64,000 nt of DNA from Octopus vulgaris (taxonomy: Eukaryota). The position numbers were made by a program, and so were the translations under genes. Below the pieces are notes generated by a model, which was not told the origin of the DNA, did not search any database, and saw only the letters and a list, made by a program, of their open reading frames with translations. Of the stretch, positions 1 to 13,180 are shown one piece after another. Each line of letters begins with the position of its first letter. The stretch's first letter is position 1. The stretch covers positions 26,722,001-26,786,000 of the forward strand of contig OX597836.1 of NCBI GenBank assembly GCA_951406725.2. Reading direction: 5' to 3'.

Positions 1-280
1 ATCCCACTGTGGTACCTTGAGCAAGCGTCTTTTATAGCCTTGAGCTGGCCAAGGCCTTGTGAACGGATTTGGTAGGCAGAATGTGTGTGCGTGCGTGTTC
101 CACTATTGCTTAACAATTGTGCATTTATGTCCCAGTAACTTAGTGGTTCGGCCTTAGAGACCAACAGAATAAGTACCAGGCTCAAAAAATAAGTTCTGGA
201 ATTGATTCAGCTGACTAAAATTCTTCATGGCAGTGCCCCAGCACGGCCACAGTCAGGTGTCTGAAACGAGCAAAAGAGTA
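1..280 (+). mobile_element. SINE family A, 5'-truncated decayed copy
   Basis: CCTTGAGCAAG, GGATTTGGTAG, GAATAAGTAC and CCAGCACGGCCACAGTC blocks match the full-length copy at 47475-47878. Confidence 0.8.
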
Positions 281-284
281 AGTC

Positions 285-650
285 TAGTACATCAGGGCAT
301 GGCTGCAATCATACAGAGCATTCTTATCAATGGAGGCCAAAACCTGGACTATGAAGCAAGAGTTTCAACATCACCTTGATGGTACATACACCAAGCTTCT
401 TTCTTGTGACAGCTCAAAATCTCTCATGGCTTCAGCACAAGACCAAAAAGGACATTTATGGATACATTCCACTCACCTCTACTATTGCTGTTCAATGCAG
501 GACAGGCTTTGCTGACCACTGCTATCATGTTGAATAGCAGGCCCCATCAGTAGATTCTGAAGATTTCTACACTCTTACACAGGACAAAGACCACTCAACT
601 ACATTAATGTTATTGGCATAGACACAAACACTAAAACAAAGACTTTCCAA
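285..650 (+). mobile_element. Decayed RTE-type LINE 3' ORF fragment
   Basis: EAKTWT..LDGTYTKLL translation; downstream part resembles the better-preserved RTE end at 55006-55314. Confidence 0.5.
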
Positions 651-3203
651 AGATAACATGGAACAGCTTCTCAATATGGTATGGGGAAATACATCTCAGT
701 TGCAGCCACATGGCTGGAGTGAACAAGACAGACATGTCATGTATATGTGCACTATGGGCACAATTTCCAGCTATTTAATTTCACTTACAAGATATTGGTC
801 AAGCCCAATACTATAATAGAGGGCACCTGCCATGATGCCTGGCAGTGAATCAAACTGGAACCATGTAGTTTCAGAGTAAACTTAGAATCATGCCTGTTCC
901 TATCTCTGGCTTTAAGTAATTCCGTAGAACACTTCTTCCCCCGACTCAGTAAAATTAAGCCTTTTGATACAAGCCCACCTGAGACCATCCTTGATACTAC
1001 AATACAAACTTGTTTTTAAGTGATCGTAGTTAAAATCTTCCATCAAATTTTCATGTTCCAAGCATCAACTTATTTAATTAATTATTTAACTCTTATTTCC
1101 AAAATTGATTCAGATAAAGCCAGTGATTTCAACAGAAACAACGAGGCTAAATTTTTTTTTATCTCCTCACCATTATTTTGTCTTCACAAACATGTTTGAG
1201 GAATTCATCTAAGACTTGGTTTTAATCTTCCAAAATTAGCAGTAGAAGTAACAGTTGTGTTAAATATTTGTCTAATTAGCATACGTGACCCGATTACATT
1301 ATATTTTCCCTACTCCAAGATAACCAGATTCCATTCTTTTTTTTTATGTCCATTTTCCAAAGTTATAAAAAATTAAGTCTTACATATCCTTTTTCCCCAT
1401 ACATCATTTCTTTCAATTAGGCCACAAACTCTTCAGGACCAACTTGAGTATATTTTCTCAAATCTTTCTGGTCTCACTGCTTCTCAAAAAGTACTTATCA
1501 CCGCCAACATTGCACTTTTTCACCCAGCATAAATCAACCACTCACATTAAAATGTCAGAAACTAATCAGCAACTCTCCTGCAACAACCAACCAATGTCAC
1601 AGAGAAACAATGCAGTTGTAGACAAAAGAAAGAGATAAAAAAAAGATAAACAGAATCAAAAATTTCTTTTAATATTTAACTCTAAAAGTACACCAAATTG
1701 CTACAACTACAAAAATGCTTTTATTTTTTTTTAGCCAGTGATTGTTGTATCGTCACGCACAAAGCTTTACTGTGTAGAGAAACGGCCTCTAAATACAGAT
1801 ATTAGACCAATTAAAAATTTTATATAGTTACTGCTTGCTGAAATAAATCCAAATTTAATGCAATATATATAACACACACACACAATGGATTTGAATACAT
1901 TGAAATAGTCTAACCTACTTTATATATATATATATATTTAAATCAATAACTGAAAACTGTTGATGTGGCAGAGTGAGTCACAATATCCAAAGTTTACTCC
2001 TAGCTCAATGTTGATATGAAAAAAGTTAACAGAGGTAAATAAAGGACATTTGTGCTATAACTACACTAGACGAGTCTAGTGTACAGAAAGAATGCCTAAA
2101 AATGATGATGGCAGCAGCAGCAGCAACAACTTCAACAATTCTGATGTAACCTCAATTAACAAAGCATTACAGTAGACTAACGTGAGCAGCTGAAGGAATA
2201 AAATATTGTAATTAGCAAACAAAACTAAAATAATTGATCAAACTGAAGATTGATTTTATTTAAGTTACATTTTTATTAAAATATATATTACTACCCAGCC
2301 TCTCTCTCTCTCTCTAGTTCCTGATATTAACTACTTTAATACCCACCCCCATCAAGTGTCTACTTTGATACTCTCTCCACTACGACCCTCTCATTCATAT
2401 TTTATCCTCTCTCTCTTCACTTCACCTACAGTCATTACACTGTTGTATTCTAGCTCCTTTCAGTCATGGAGTCTCTTTAGCAATGCAAATCACTAAGTGC
2501 CTACACTGGAGTGATAATACAATAAAAAAAAAAAGCCACTCAGTACACTTTATAAAGGGGTTTCCAAATCAAGTAACGGCAATACAGGATTGAGAAGAGA
2601 ACCTGTTTAGTGCTGGTATCATGAAGTCAAGCAATCAATACAGTGGAAAGAGGTTGGCATTAGGAAGAGTATCCAGCAGTAGAAACCGTCAAACCAAGAC
2701 ATTGGAGCATTAAGTGGGCCTCCAACTTTTCAGATTGTCAAACTGTCCAACTCATGCCAGATGGAGAGCAGACATGAAATTATAATAGACATTTGACTAA
2801 TTGAATCTTCATCTGAACAACATTTCATAATATTTGAATTGTAATTTCAAAGAGTTAATATTTTCACCAGCATAAATCACTGAATGTAAACCACAATTTT
2901 GTACTTAAATGTAAATTATTAAAAAAACAATTTTTTTTTACATTTGCAATTATATAATTAATAGAAGTAATTAAATAATCATAGCTATTTCTTTTGTTTT
3001 CAAAGACAACTACAGAAGACTTCTGGAAAGCTGCCAAATTTTATTTTTCTTAAACATTAAAATGTTTCAATATAACAAAGTGTGGAGAGCTTCATATCCA
3101 ACCTCTTTGTACTCTCAGTAAAATCCACTAACTAGTAGAAAAAGCAAAATTTACCCAAATTAATTCCAATCCCAGTTTTGACATTATATATTACCAAATT
3201 TCA

Positions 3204-3351
3204 CAGCATGCAAGTTGAATTTTTCAGACCATAACTTAGAGCAAAAAAAAAAAAAAAAAAAGACTGACACAGACACCAAGACAACTTTAGGGAACCAACA
3301 ATTCCATGTGAAATGCAGCTGGATTTGGATAGAGAATGACGATGTTTGGAA
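3204..3351. ncRNA. Candidate structured RNA/conserved element, copy 1 (paralog of 8243-8382)
   Basis: Two blocks shared with 8243-8382 (28/31 nt, and ~75 nt at roughly 80-85%) flank an unrelated spacer; AAGTTG/CAACTT, GGAA/TTCC and terminal AGCAT/ATGYT pairings possible in both copies. Confidence 0.4.
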
Positions 3352-3427
3352 GCTTAAACTACATACCATACCGACTGGTCTGCCAGAAAATACAGTATTA
3401 CATACACTACAGCACTATAGTATCTTA

Positions 3428-3746
3428 TATAGTTGTTTCAGTCATTAGACTGTGACCACGCTGGGGTACTGCCTTGAGATTTTAGTCAAGCAAATCAACC
3501 CCAGTACCTTGTTTTAAGCCTGATGTTTATTATTAGTCCCTTTTGCCAAACTGCTAAGTTATGGGAGGCATAAAAAAAAAACAACAGTTGTCAAGAAGTG
3601 GTGGGGAACATACACACACATATAATAGGCCTCTTTCAGTTCCCATCTATCGAATCCACCCACAAGGCTTTGGTCAGCCCACTGCTAGAACCCGGAACCA
3701 TGTGGTTGGGAAGCAAATTTCTTACCATATAGCCACACTTATGCCT
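3428..3746 (-). mobile_element. SINE family A, decayed
   Basis: GTTTCAGTCATTAGACTGTG...GGAACCATGTGGTTGG...CTTACCATATAGCCAC. Confidence 0.8.
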
Positions 3747-4122
3747 ATAGAAACACTACATTAAGTAGAAATTATAATCACAATTAATAAAGTAAATGAT
3801 ATAAGCACAGAATAATTAAATATGAAACAGAACAACATGGCCCATTAGATATCATGGCTTGAGTCTCATAAGTGAACCCGTTGAAATCTGCTGTGTTTAT
3901 AATATCATTTAAAGCATTTTAAAAATGCTTACATTTTAAGTTTAATACACAGAGTAGTTTTTGCCAACTTTGCACCAGCATCTATGTCAAAATGGTACAT
4001 TTCAGTCACTAAGAGATTGAGAATTGTGCCAGCTCAAAGCTGACATCACTGGTGTGTGTGTGGTGAACTTTAGCTTTAAATTGTTTTACCCTTTTGTAGC
4101 TATATTTATTAAAAAAAAAACT

Positions 4123-4490
4123 ACTTGTTTACTTTTGACTATGGCCATGCCGGAAGACTGCCTTTAGTTGAAGAAATCTACCCCAGGACTTATTCTTTGT
4201 AAGCCTAGTACTTACTCTATCAGTATCTTGTTGAACTGCTAAGTTTCGAGGATGTAAACACACCAACATCAATTGTCAAGCAATGGTGAAGAGCCAAAGC
4301 AGACAAGTGTGTGTGTGTGTGTGTGTGTATACACACACACACAATGGGCTACTTTCAGTTTTTGTCTACCAAATTCACTCACAAGGCTTTGGTCAAGGCT
4401 ATAGTAGAAGACACTTGCTCAAGACGCTACACAGTGGGACTGAACCTGGAACCATGTGGTTGGGAAGAAAGCTTCTTCCCACACAGCCAT
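4123..4490 (-). mobile_element. SINE family A
   Basis: Same block order as 8897-9306, with an internal (TG)n(CA)n tract. Confidence 0.8.
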
Positions 4491-4989
4491 GGTATTTCAC
4501 TTAATTTTCAAAATAATAAAGTCAGAAGGCCACAAATCATTTGCTTAATGAAGGTGGTGTTTAAGACATGAAATCTCGTGATGGTAATCCATTTAAAAAT
4601 GCCTGCTAACAGATAACCAATTTTCCTAATCTACCACTGATTAAGAGTATAGCTTGAGTTAATTTGCTCTTACCTGAACCTTTTAACATTCAAATAGGCT
4701 AAATCAGGCGAAAATGGACAGATCCAGCTCATCACACCAACCCTACAATGCCATTCTAAAACTCAACAAGCACATCATTAATATCTCTAAACTACAAGAT
4801 AATACACGATTAGCTCCTTAGCATTTAAACCAGCCAGATCTGGCCCAAATATTCTGTTTTATGCTCAAGCTGGCCAGATTTGACCTCTACCATCTACTTG
4901 ACAATGACATACTAAAAATATACAATCACATCAAAATTTCAAAGCTATGAGATAATGTAGGATTAATTCAAAACAATGTAAATAAAGAG

Positions 4990-5340
4990 GTGCAGGCATG
5001 GCTGTGTAGCATGAAGGTTGCTTCCCAACCACATGGTTCCGGGTTCAGTCCCACTGCATGGCACCTTGGGCAATAGCCTTGGGCCAACCAAAGCTTTGGG
5101 AATGGATTTGGTAGACGGAAATTGTAAGAAGCCCGTTGTGTGTGTGTGAGTGTGTGTCACCCCATCATCGCTCAACAACCGATGTTGGTGTCTATGTTCC
5201 CTGTAACTTAGCAGTTCAGCAAAAGAGACCAACAGAATAAGTACTAGGCTTACAAAAAATAAGTCCTGGGGTCGATTTACTCGACTAAAGGTGGTGCTCC
5301 AGCATGGCTACAGTCAAATGACTGAAACAAGTAAAAGAAT
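4990..5340 (+). mobile_element. SINE family A nested in a piggyBac-type MITE
   Basis: tRNA-like head TGGCTGTGTAG...GGTTCAGTCCC and tail GACTGAAACAAGTAAAAG; MITE sequence resumes to GCTAAAAGGTTAA at ~5386. Confidence 0.85.
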
Positions 5341-6762
5341 AAATAAGCATTACGTTTGACAAGGAAATCTGAATGCTAAAAGGTTAAGGAAGCCTTTGCT
5401 AAGACAGCATGTCATTTATAATCAAGAAGATGACCATGGCAGATATTCCAAATGAAATAATGAATAATGAAAGTAAGATGAGTTCTACATTGCAAATGTA
5501 GCAAGGTAACTGGAATCAGTTGGATAATTGCATAAGCACAGCTATGGCTGTGTGGTAGTAAGCTTCCTAACCACACGATCTTAGGTTCATTCCCACTGTA
5601 TGACACCTTAGGCAAGTGTCTTCTATAGCCTGGGGCAACCAAAGCCTAACAAGTGGATTTGCTAGAAGAAAATTGAAAGAAGCCCAGTGTGTGTGTGAGT
5701 CCTTTACCAATGTCTGACAGCCATTGTTAGTTTGTTTGTGTCCCTGTGACTTAGACATTAATATGTGTCCCAAAATGGCAGCAGTCAAATGACTGAAATA
5801 AGTATTAAAAAAAAACATGTTAAATATGGTGGATTTATGTTGCACATCAATACCTCAAGTTTTGAGTGAAAGGTTTTAGTTCCTATTATAATTAATCTTT
5901 AAGAAATCTTGATAAGACCATGCAAATTAGTCCAAATTAGCTTAATCAACACTTGTTCTCAAGCACCCAACTGTGCAACTACAGCTAAAAGGAACAACTA
6001 TTTGGTAGTTTGACTTGCTAAGAATAGTAGCTAAATTCACTCAAATTCTGCTGTCTTAGAAATTAAAAAAGAACAAATTAGACAGTGTAGTCCTAAAGAT
6101 ATAAAAAGATATGAGTGATCATGGCTGAAATGACTAATCCCAGTTATATTTTGATCAGAGTCGACTAAAGGTTAAACATCAACAAAATAGAAATAGTTTT
6201 CTAATGTTGAACTTTTCCTGGTCTGAAATTCAGAATTTCCTCAGCAATATAAACTATCATGAGAAACAACTTGCAGAATACAAAGAAAGACCATCGATAA
6301 TTAAAAAGAACATTACGCAAAGATAATTAAAATCTCTTACTGTACATGTAATAAAGCACATTAAATTTATAGAGACAAAATGAAGTTTTCCTGATGGAAC
6401 AAATTCATTTTGTTCCAATAAGGAAAACTTCAATTCCTGTGTACCGTGTTTGGAATGATTCTAAAAGATTATTAGCACCTAATTAAATTTAATATGCATA
6501 TACACCCACTCACATACACCAAGCATCACAGCAATGTTATTCATGTAACCTTATGGATGGATTTGGTAGAAGGAAACTGAAAGAAGCCCATCGTACATAT
6601 GTATACGTGTTTGTCCTTCATTACTCTTTGACAATCAGTGTTGGTTTGTTTATGTCCCCGTAATGTAGCTGACCAACAGAATATTATATAGGCACTATAC
6701 TAATACATTTGTTTGTTTGTACTCCACCTGCCTTCGTCTTTTTATTTCCGTAAACCTTCCTG

Positions 6763-6794
<32 letters not shown>

Positions 6795-7599
6795 TTCCTA
6801 AACCTTGATGCTTTTAATGGCCTGTAGTTAGCTTACTGAACTGAACCAAAGTAAATCACCATTCTCTCAAGAGAACACAAGAAACAATCTCAAGATTTCC
6901 TGGAACTTATTTTCCATAGGTATACAAACTGAAGTAATGTATAACAAAGCATTAAGTAATAGATTTGAACATAGCCCAAAAGCAAAATAGTCCAATAGCT
7001 TGACCATCATTATGGACAAAATTTAAGATTTGGATTAACAAAGTCAAGTCCTTGTCATGTTAATCAATGAAGAATTAAATGAACAGCCAAAAGTCACTTA
7101 TATAGGACAAAGCGACTTAAACAATACTAATCTAACCTGTCCAATTCAACCTTTGCTCTAAAAATAAAGGACTATTCTAAAGCATTTTTATTTAGATTAA
7201 AACATCATAACTTTGAGCAAGAATCTTGTTAAATTATGTTCCAAACATCAATGACAAAATTATTTTGTCAAATCCTTCTAATTATCGAAATTAAACGAAA
7301 ACATATAGGTAGTGTATTTTATAAGAATTACCATTGCAAAAAGGATTAAATACAGCCACACAGCTGGTATAACAATTAAATTTTTAATTTTCCTTGTTGG
7401 CAACAATGCTTTTCAAGACAGCATAATCCCAACACCTTCAGATGGGACAAAAATTTGGCAGACTGTAGTTTTCTTTAAAAAAGGAATTTAAAAAATAAAA
7501 AAACCACCAGCCATATATAAATACTAAATATAATCAATGCTTTGCTATTCCCTAAACTATCATACACTGCGACATGTCATTAACATCAACTATTTTTAC

Positions 7600-7778
7600 C
7601 TGTTCTCCCTCGTATTTGGCATAGCTGCTGATTATCCAGAACTTGACATTGATGACTAATGAACCAAAGAACTTTCTCCACTAAGTAAGAAATAGCTTCA
7701 ATCTCCCAAAGTCAGACCTGACAGGTTTAAATTGCAATCACTTACAGCAGGTATTTGAATTCTTGGTCTGCAGTGATG
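7600..7778 (-). other. Candidate exon(s) of the minus-strand transcript (7746-7778 and/or 7600-7717)
   Basis: Minus strand: ttttag|CATCAC...CCTGCT|gtaagt and gtcag|GTCTGA...GAACAG|gtaaaa. The 118-nt segment has stops in all frames. The 28-nt gap is too short for an intron, so these are alternatives or one exon. Confidence 0.3.
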
Positions 7779-7990
7779 CTAAAATTACCAATGTATTTTA
7801 ACACCTTGTAACAAAATAAATAGATAAATAAACTGCTGGAAGTCCAACAGCTTGAACAGCTCAGTATTTTCAAAATTAATACCTAAAGGTTGCATAACTA
7901 GGTCCTGTTCATATGCAATAACACCCACTAACAATCACACAAAGTCAAAACTAAACCAATATGGGATTTTCAGTGTGGATTGCTCCTTAA

Positions 7991-8209
7991 CCCTTTAGCA
8001 TTTAAATTATTCTATCAAACATAAGTATTCTGCCTGTTTTATGTTCAAACTGGCCAGATCTGGTCTCTCACACCAACCTTACAATATCGTTATAAAAATT
8101 AATAGCTACCTCATCAAATTCTCATAGTTACAAGATAATGCATGATTAGTTCAAAACAAAGTGGATGAAAAAGCATTAATTTTGGTAGAATAATGTGAAC
8201 ACTAAAGGG
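7991..8209. mobile_element. piggyBac-type MITE
   Basis: TTAA|CCCTTTAG ... CTAAAGGG|TTAA termini. Confidence 0.85.
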
Positions 8210-8242
8210 TTAAATTATAAAATGTATAAATCACAAACATTC

Positions 8243-8382
8243 CAGCATACAAGTTGAATATTTTAGACCATAATTTTTAGCCAAGGAAAGGTAGGTCAAC
8301 TTATTCATCAAGACAACTTTAGAGGAACACAGCTTCCATGTGAAATGCAGCAGGATTTGGAAAGATAGTGAGGATGCTTGAA
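8243..8382. ncRNA. Candidate structured RNA/conserved element, copy 2
   Basis: See 3204-3351. Confidence 0.4.
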
Positions 8383-8896
8383 TTTTTACACTATATATTA
8401 TAGATACAAATAAGAAAATAAGCTGAAAATTTGTCGACAAATGGCTGTTTGTTGACAAATTTTTCCGCTTTGTAAGAATGATTTACCCAATGTTTCTGCT
8501 ATTCTGATAGCATCTCTGCATTCGAAAATAAATCTTATTTGTATCTATATACACATTACAGCGCTTATAAGAAGAAAAAAAAAAACAATGATTTGTATGC
8601 TGGAAAATACGTTAAGCAGATATTTATGTCTACTACACTAGAAGAAGATAATGAAGTAATCCTTTTTTTGTGCTTGTATAATTAAGTTTTATCAAAAGGA
8701 TAGATAATATAAATAAATGTTCAATACGTCTAAAGATAATCCATATCAATCAATCAGAACACTGTCCATTCTGCCAATGCAGGTGACCAATATGTTGAGC
8801 AACTCTTAAATACTGTTGCTAGTGGTATAACTTGTACACCACTACCTTCAACATCAGATATCTGCTTTCAGCAAGCTCAAAACCATGGGGTCATCA

Positions 8897-9306
8897 TACT
8901 CTTTTTACTCTTTTACTTGTTTCAGTCATTTGACTGCGGCCATGCTGGAGTACCGCCTTTAGTCGAGCAAATCGACCCCAGGACTTATTCTTTGTAAGCC
9001 CAGTACTTATTCTATCGGTCTCTTTTGCCGAACCGCTAAGTGACGGGGACGTAAACACACCAGCATCGGTTGTCAAGCAATGCTAGGGGGACAAACACAG
9101 ACACACAAACACACACACGCATATATATATATATACATATATACGACAGGCTTCTTTCAGTTTCCGTCTACCAAATCCACTCACAAGGCATTGGTCAGCC
9201 CAGGGCTATAGCAGAAGACACTTGCCCAAGATGCCACGCAGTGGGACTGAACCCGGAACCATGTGGTTGGTTAGCAAGCTACTTACCACACAGCCACTCC
9301 TGCGCC
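8897..9306 (-). mobile_element. SINE family A, young full-length copy (~410 bp)
   Basis: tRNA-derived A/B boxes (TGGCTGTGTGG, GGTTCAGTCCC), internal (TA)n/(TG)n, GAGTAAAA-type tail; near-identical to the copies at 28620, 47475 and 55371. Confidence 0.92.
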
Positions 9307-9609
9307 TCTGCTTCTCTTGTGCTGTCCTTGTTCATTTATTGTATTTTATTAAATTTATTCAATTCTTGAAATCATCCCCTCATTTAATTCTTAGTTTTCC
9401 ACTTCATCCATTGAGTTTGGATTCTATGAACCCTTTAACATTCAAATTTCTGGCAAATGTAATGCTTGTTCATTTTTGAATTAATCATGCATTATCTCAC
9501 ACCTTCAAGATTTCAGTGAGGTGATTGTATATTTTTTGGATATACATTGTAGGGGCGGTATGAAAGGCTGGATTTGGCCACTCCAAACATAAAACACATA
9601 GAATATTTC

Positions 9610-10011
9610 TTTTACTCATTTGTCATTTGACTGCAGCACTGCCTTGAAAGGTTTTAGTTGAAAAAAATTGACCCCAGGACTTCTTTTCTTTGCAAAACCA
9701 AAAAGCTTAGTACTTATTCTATCAGTCTGTTGCTGAACCAGTAAGTTATGGGGACATAAACACACCAACACCAGTTGTCAAGCAGTGATGAGAGACAAAA
9801 ACAGACACTAAGACACACACAGATATATACATACATACATACATACGTGTGTGTGTGTGTATACACACACATGGGCTGCTTTCAGTTTCCATTTACCAAT
9901 TCCACTCAAGGCTTTGGGCAGTCCAAGACATTAGGAGACACCCAAGGTTCTATGCAGTGGGAATGAACCCGGAACCATGTGGTTGGGAAGCAAGCTTCTT
10001 ACCACACAGCC
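9610..10011 (-). mobile_element. SINE family A, decayed
   Basis: Same diagnostic blocks; nested in a MITE starting at ~9430. Confidence 0.75.
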
Positions 10012-10860
10012 ATTAGTTTAAATGCTAAAGAATAAAACCACTTTTCTTTCAAATTACAGAGTTTATATTAAACATTCAATGCTACACAATAGTATTTATC
10101 AGTCAAATCCACATTGCGCTTTCCACAGCTAGGTAGAACAAGGCAGAAAAAATAAAGCAATGTTTGTCATTAAAAGGCAGTGTGCCATTGATACAACAGG
10201 AATCTTAACCATCACACTGCTACATGTTTTGCAGACATGTGAGCTGCATGGTGATCCTGCCAGTGTCAGTAGCATGACAAAAAGAATCAGTGCACTTTGT
10301 AAAGCGATTGGCATTAGGAAGGACATCTAGCCATAGACACCATGCCAAAACAGATAATTGGAGCCTGGTGCAGTCCTTGGACCCATCAGATCCTGTCAAA
10401 ACCATTCAACCCATGCCAGCATGGAACATAAATGCCAAATGATGATGATGATGAGGGAACATGAACCATAAACATTTTGATCAGAAATCTACACTGATGG
10501 TTGCAGCAACTCTCTGAAAGACATTAGTTATCAGTTTTCTTAGTGAAGAAAGAGGAACCTGTCTTGTTTGCTGAAAGTATCTCACCTTTCAATCATTTCC
10601 AAATAAACTTGCAGAGAAAATCCTGAGAAATAGGACAACCCCTAATAGATAAATTGGTTATCTCACTGTTAAGCAACAGATCCATGTATATTGCACTTCA
10701 TTAAGAATTAAGTCCTAGGATTCACTGAAACATCTGAAAAAGTCATCACTCTAAGGAACTGACTTTCCAAATCTATCATGGTTTCATATGATCAATCTCA
10801 ACAAGTCAGTAATAAAATGTGACCAAGTAATCTTAAGTATTTTGGTATATAAAAAGTTAA

Positions 10861-11234
10861 CCCTTTCGTTACTGTATTTATTTTGAGATGCTCTGTCCTT
10901 CTTTCAATTAATTTGAAATATACTACACTCGCGGAGTGGTTGGCGTTAGGAAGGGCATCCAGCTGTAGAAACACTGCCAGATCAAACTGGAGCCTGGTGC
11001 AGCCCCTGGCTTCCCAGACCCCGGTCGAACCGTCCAACCCGTGCTAGCACGGAAAACGGACGTTAAACGATGATGACGATGATGATAAAGAATTTAGTAA
11101 AATAACTTAGTTATCATTAAGCTAGTGTTAGGAACATAAAATGTGACTAAGGCTTGGAAGATTTTAATTCAAAACTTATGGTAACAAGACATTTGTAGAC
11201 AGAGTCAGATTCAGCTGGGTTGGTAACAAAAGGG
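10861..11234. mobile_element. piggyBac-type MITE containing an RTE 3'-tail insertion (~10921-11085)
   Basis: TTAA|CCCTTTCGTTAC ... GTAACAAAAGGG|TTAA; internal GGAAGGGCATCCAGCTGTAGAAA...CGTTAAACGATGATGA. Confidence 0.85.
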
Positions 11235-11849
11235 TTAAATATTAACAAATATGAACTCAGAAGACATTGTCCAATGAAGAGAGATTTCCAATCAATAATA
11301 TGTACAGCCAAAAGCATTGGCATCTTGCATTTTCAAGATTTTAGACTAACAGACAACTTGTTTCTCAGTAGAGTGCACTGGTGCCATGCAAAATAGAACA
11401 TCCTTTCAAGGACACAACATACTGCCCATTCCAGGGACTGAACCCATGAACTGACAACTGAGTTCAATAGTTAACCTCCAAGGCCAGGTGGACTTCAGCA
11501 TGCCAGATAAAATAACAGCATCTCTTCCAGCTTTGCATTCCGAGTTCAAACTCCAAGGTCAACTTTGCTTTCATCCTTTCGAGATTGATAAAAATAAATA
11601 CAGGACAATGTAATCAAATTTCCCTCCCACCCCTCAAAATTGCTGGCCTTGTGTCAAAACTAGAAATATGAACTGAGTCTATGAAGACTCAATTCATATT
11701 TACTGACAACAACAGAATGTGACATTCTAAAACATACTAAATACTGACCAATGGACCAAGCCATAGTCAACACTATCATCACTTCCTCTTTTGTCAAAGT
11801 TTCTGTCCCTAATCTCTACACAGCCACAGATCAGCTTTCCCCATACAGG

Positions 11850-13180
11850 GGTATCAGTTTTAAACTGATTTTAAATGTGTATATATTTGAATACACACAC
11901 ATATACAAAAATATATAGACGCAAGTTAGAGTAGACCATCCTCCATAGAAACTCTCCTTCCTGCTGTTCTTCATTGCAGGCAAGCTGTAGCAACATGCCA
12001 TCATTTAAGTTGACGGAGACGATGTACATGAAGGCTATCCAACATCCACAAAAGGCTGCAGGTTATTTAAGGTGACACCATTGACAAGAATAATGTGTAC
12101 AGATAAATAAAGAAGTTTAAAGAAGGAGAAACCAACATTGAAAACAAACCATGCAGTGGGAGACCAACAACTGTGACCTCTGACACAAATCGCCAGCGAG
12201 AGGGAAAATTGATTCATGCAGATAGACGAGTCACAAACTTCAAGTTTGATGTGCGCTGCTACAACCTGACTGTGTTGACAATGCTATACAGAAGATGGAA
12301 GACTTAACCCTTTACTGTTCACATTATTCTGCCAAAATGAATGCTTTTTTATCCACATTGTTTTGAACTAATCATGCATTATCTTGTAGCTATGAGATTT
12401 TGATGAGGTAGCTGTTAAATTTTAAAACGATATTGTAGAGTTGGTGTGAGAGACCAGATCCGGCCAGTTTGAACATAAAACAAGTAGAATACTTTTGGCC
12501 GGATATGGCCGGTTTAAGTGCTAAAGGGTCAAGGCACCAGAAAGCATGTGCAAAGCAGATACCTCAACAGTTAACACCTGATTTAAAGAAGATATGGGTT
12601 GATGCCAGCTCCAGTTTGCTGATCTAGTGACAAGGGGTGGTACATGGGCAAGTATATATGATGTGGAAATGAAGGCTCAATTCATGGAATGGTGCTATAT
12701 CTTTTCTCCAAGACCTAAGAAGTTCAAGAGCCAACAAGTGGCATAGAAACTCATGATGAATTGGGAGAGGGGGATAACAAAAGTGGTTTCTTCTTTGATT
12801 TTCTGGAAAGCAGCTAGACAATGAACTGAGAGGGAGAAGCCATTATGAAGAAGGGACCAGATGAGACATTTAAAAATGATCCATATGCACAATGTGACAA
12901 CCACACACCCCTTTGCCAACAAATCAGGTGATTAGTACACTGGGCTGATCAGTGATTATTCATCTGGAATCTTGTGACCCCCCCCCCCCCACAACTTTCA
13001 TTTGTTTGGGCCATGGAAGGACATTCTTTGGAGACAAAGAGTTAATGACAGATGAGGTGAAAGTAACTACAAAGATGTGCGTACAATAGTGTACACCTAA
13101 ACTTTTCCAAAGAGGTTTTAAGAGTTGGGTTCAACAATAGCACAAATGCACAATGTGGTGTAGCACCTTTGTATGAAGGA
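11850..13180 (+). mobile_element. Decayed Mariner (Tc1/mariner) transposase relic, interrupted by a MITE at 12308-12528
   Basis: Fragmentary translations IHKRLQVI*GD, PKKFK, and a degenerate YSPDLAP-SDFHLFGP-like motif at ~12957-13020. Confidence 0.6.
12308..12528. mobile_element. piggyBac-type MITE
   Basis: TTAA|CCCTTTA ... CTAAAGGG|TCAA; body homologous to 7991-8209 in reverse orientation. Confidence 0.8.

Noticed and set aside
3184-3369. Paired element read as duplicated coding exons (..LHFTW..KVVL in both copies)
   Set aside because: Splice signals are not shared, differences are not biased to third codon positions, and the poly-T spacer shifts the frame
8754-8897. Possible C/D snoRNA on minus (ATGATGA ... 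CTGA)
   Set aside because: C box abuts a SINE tail, no terminal stem, and no rRNA/snRNA guide complementarity I could identify
8894-9479. Recurrent ORFs MTTDAGVFTS.. and MPKMPRSGTEPG.. appearing as a 'gene family'
   Set aside because: Translations of SINE family A copies
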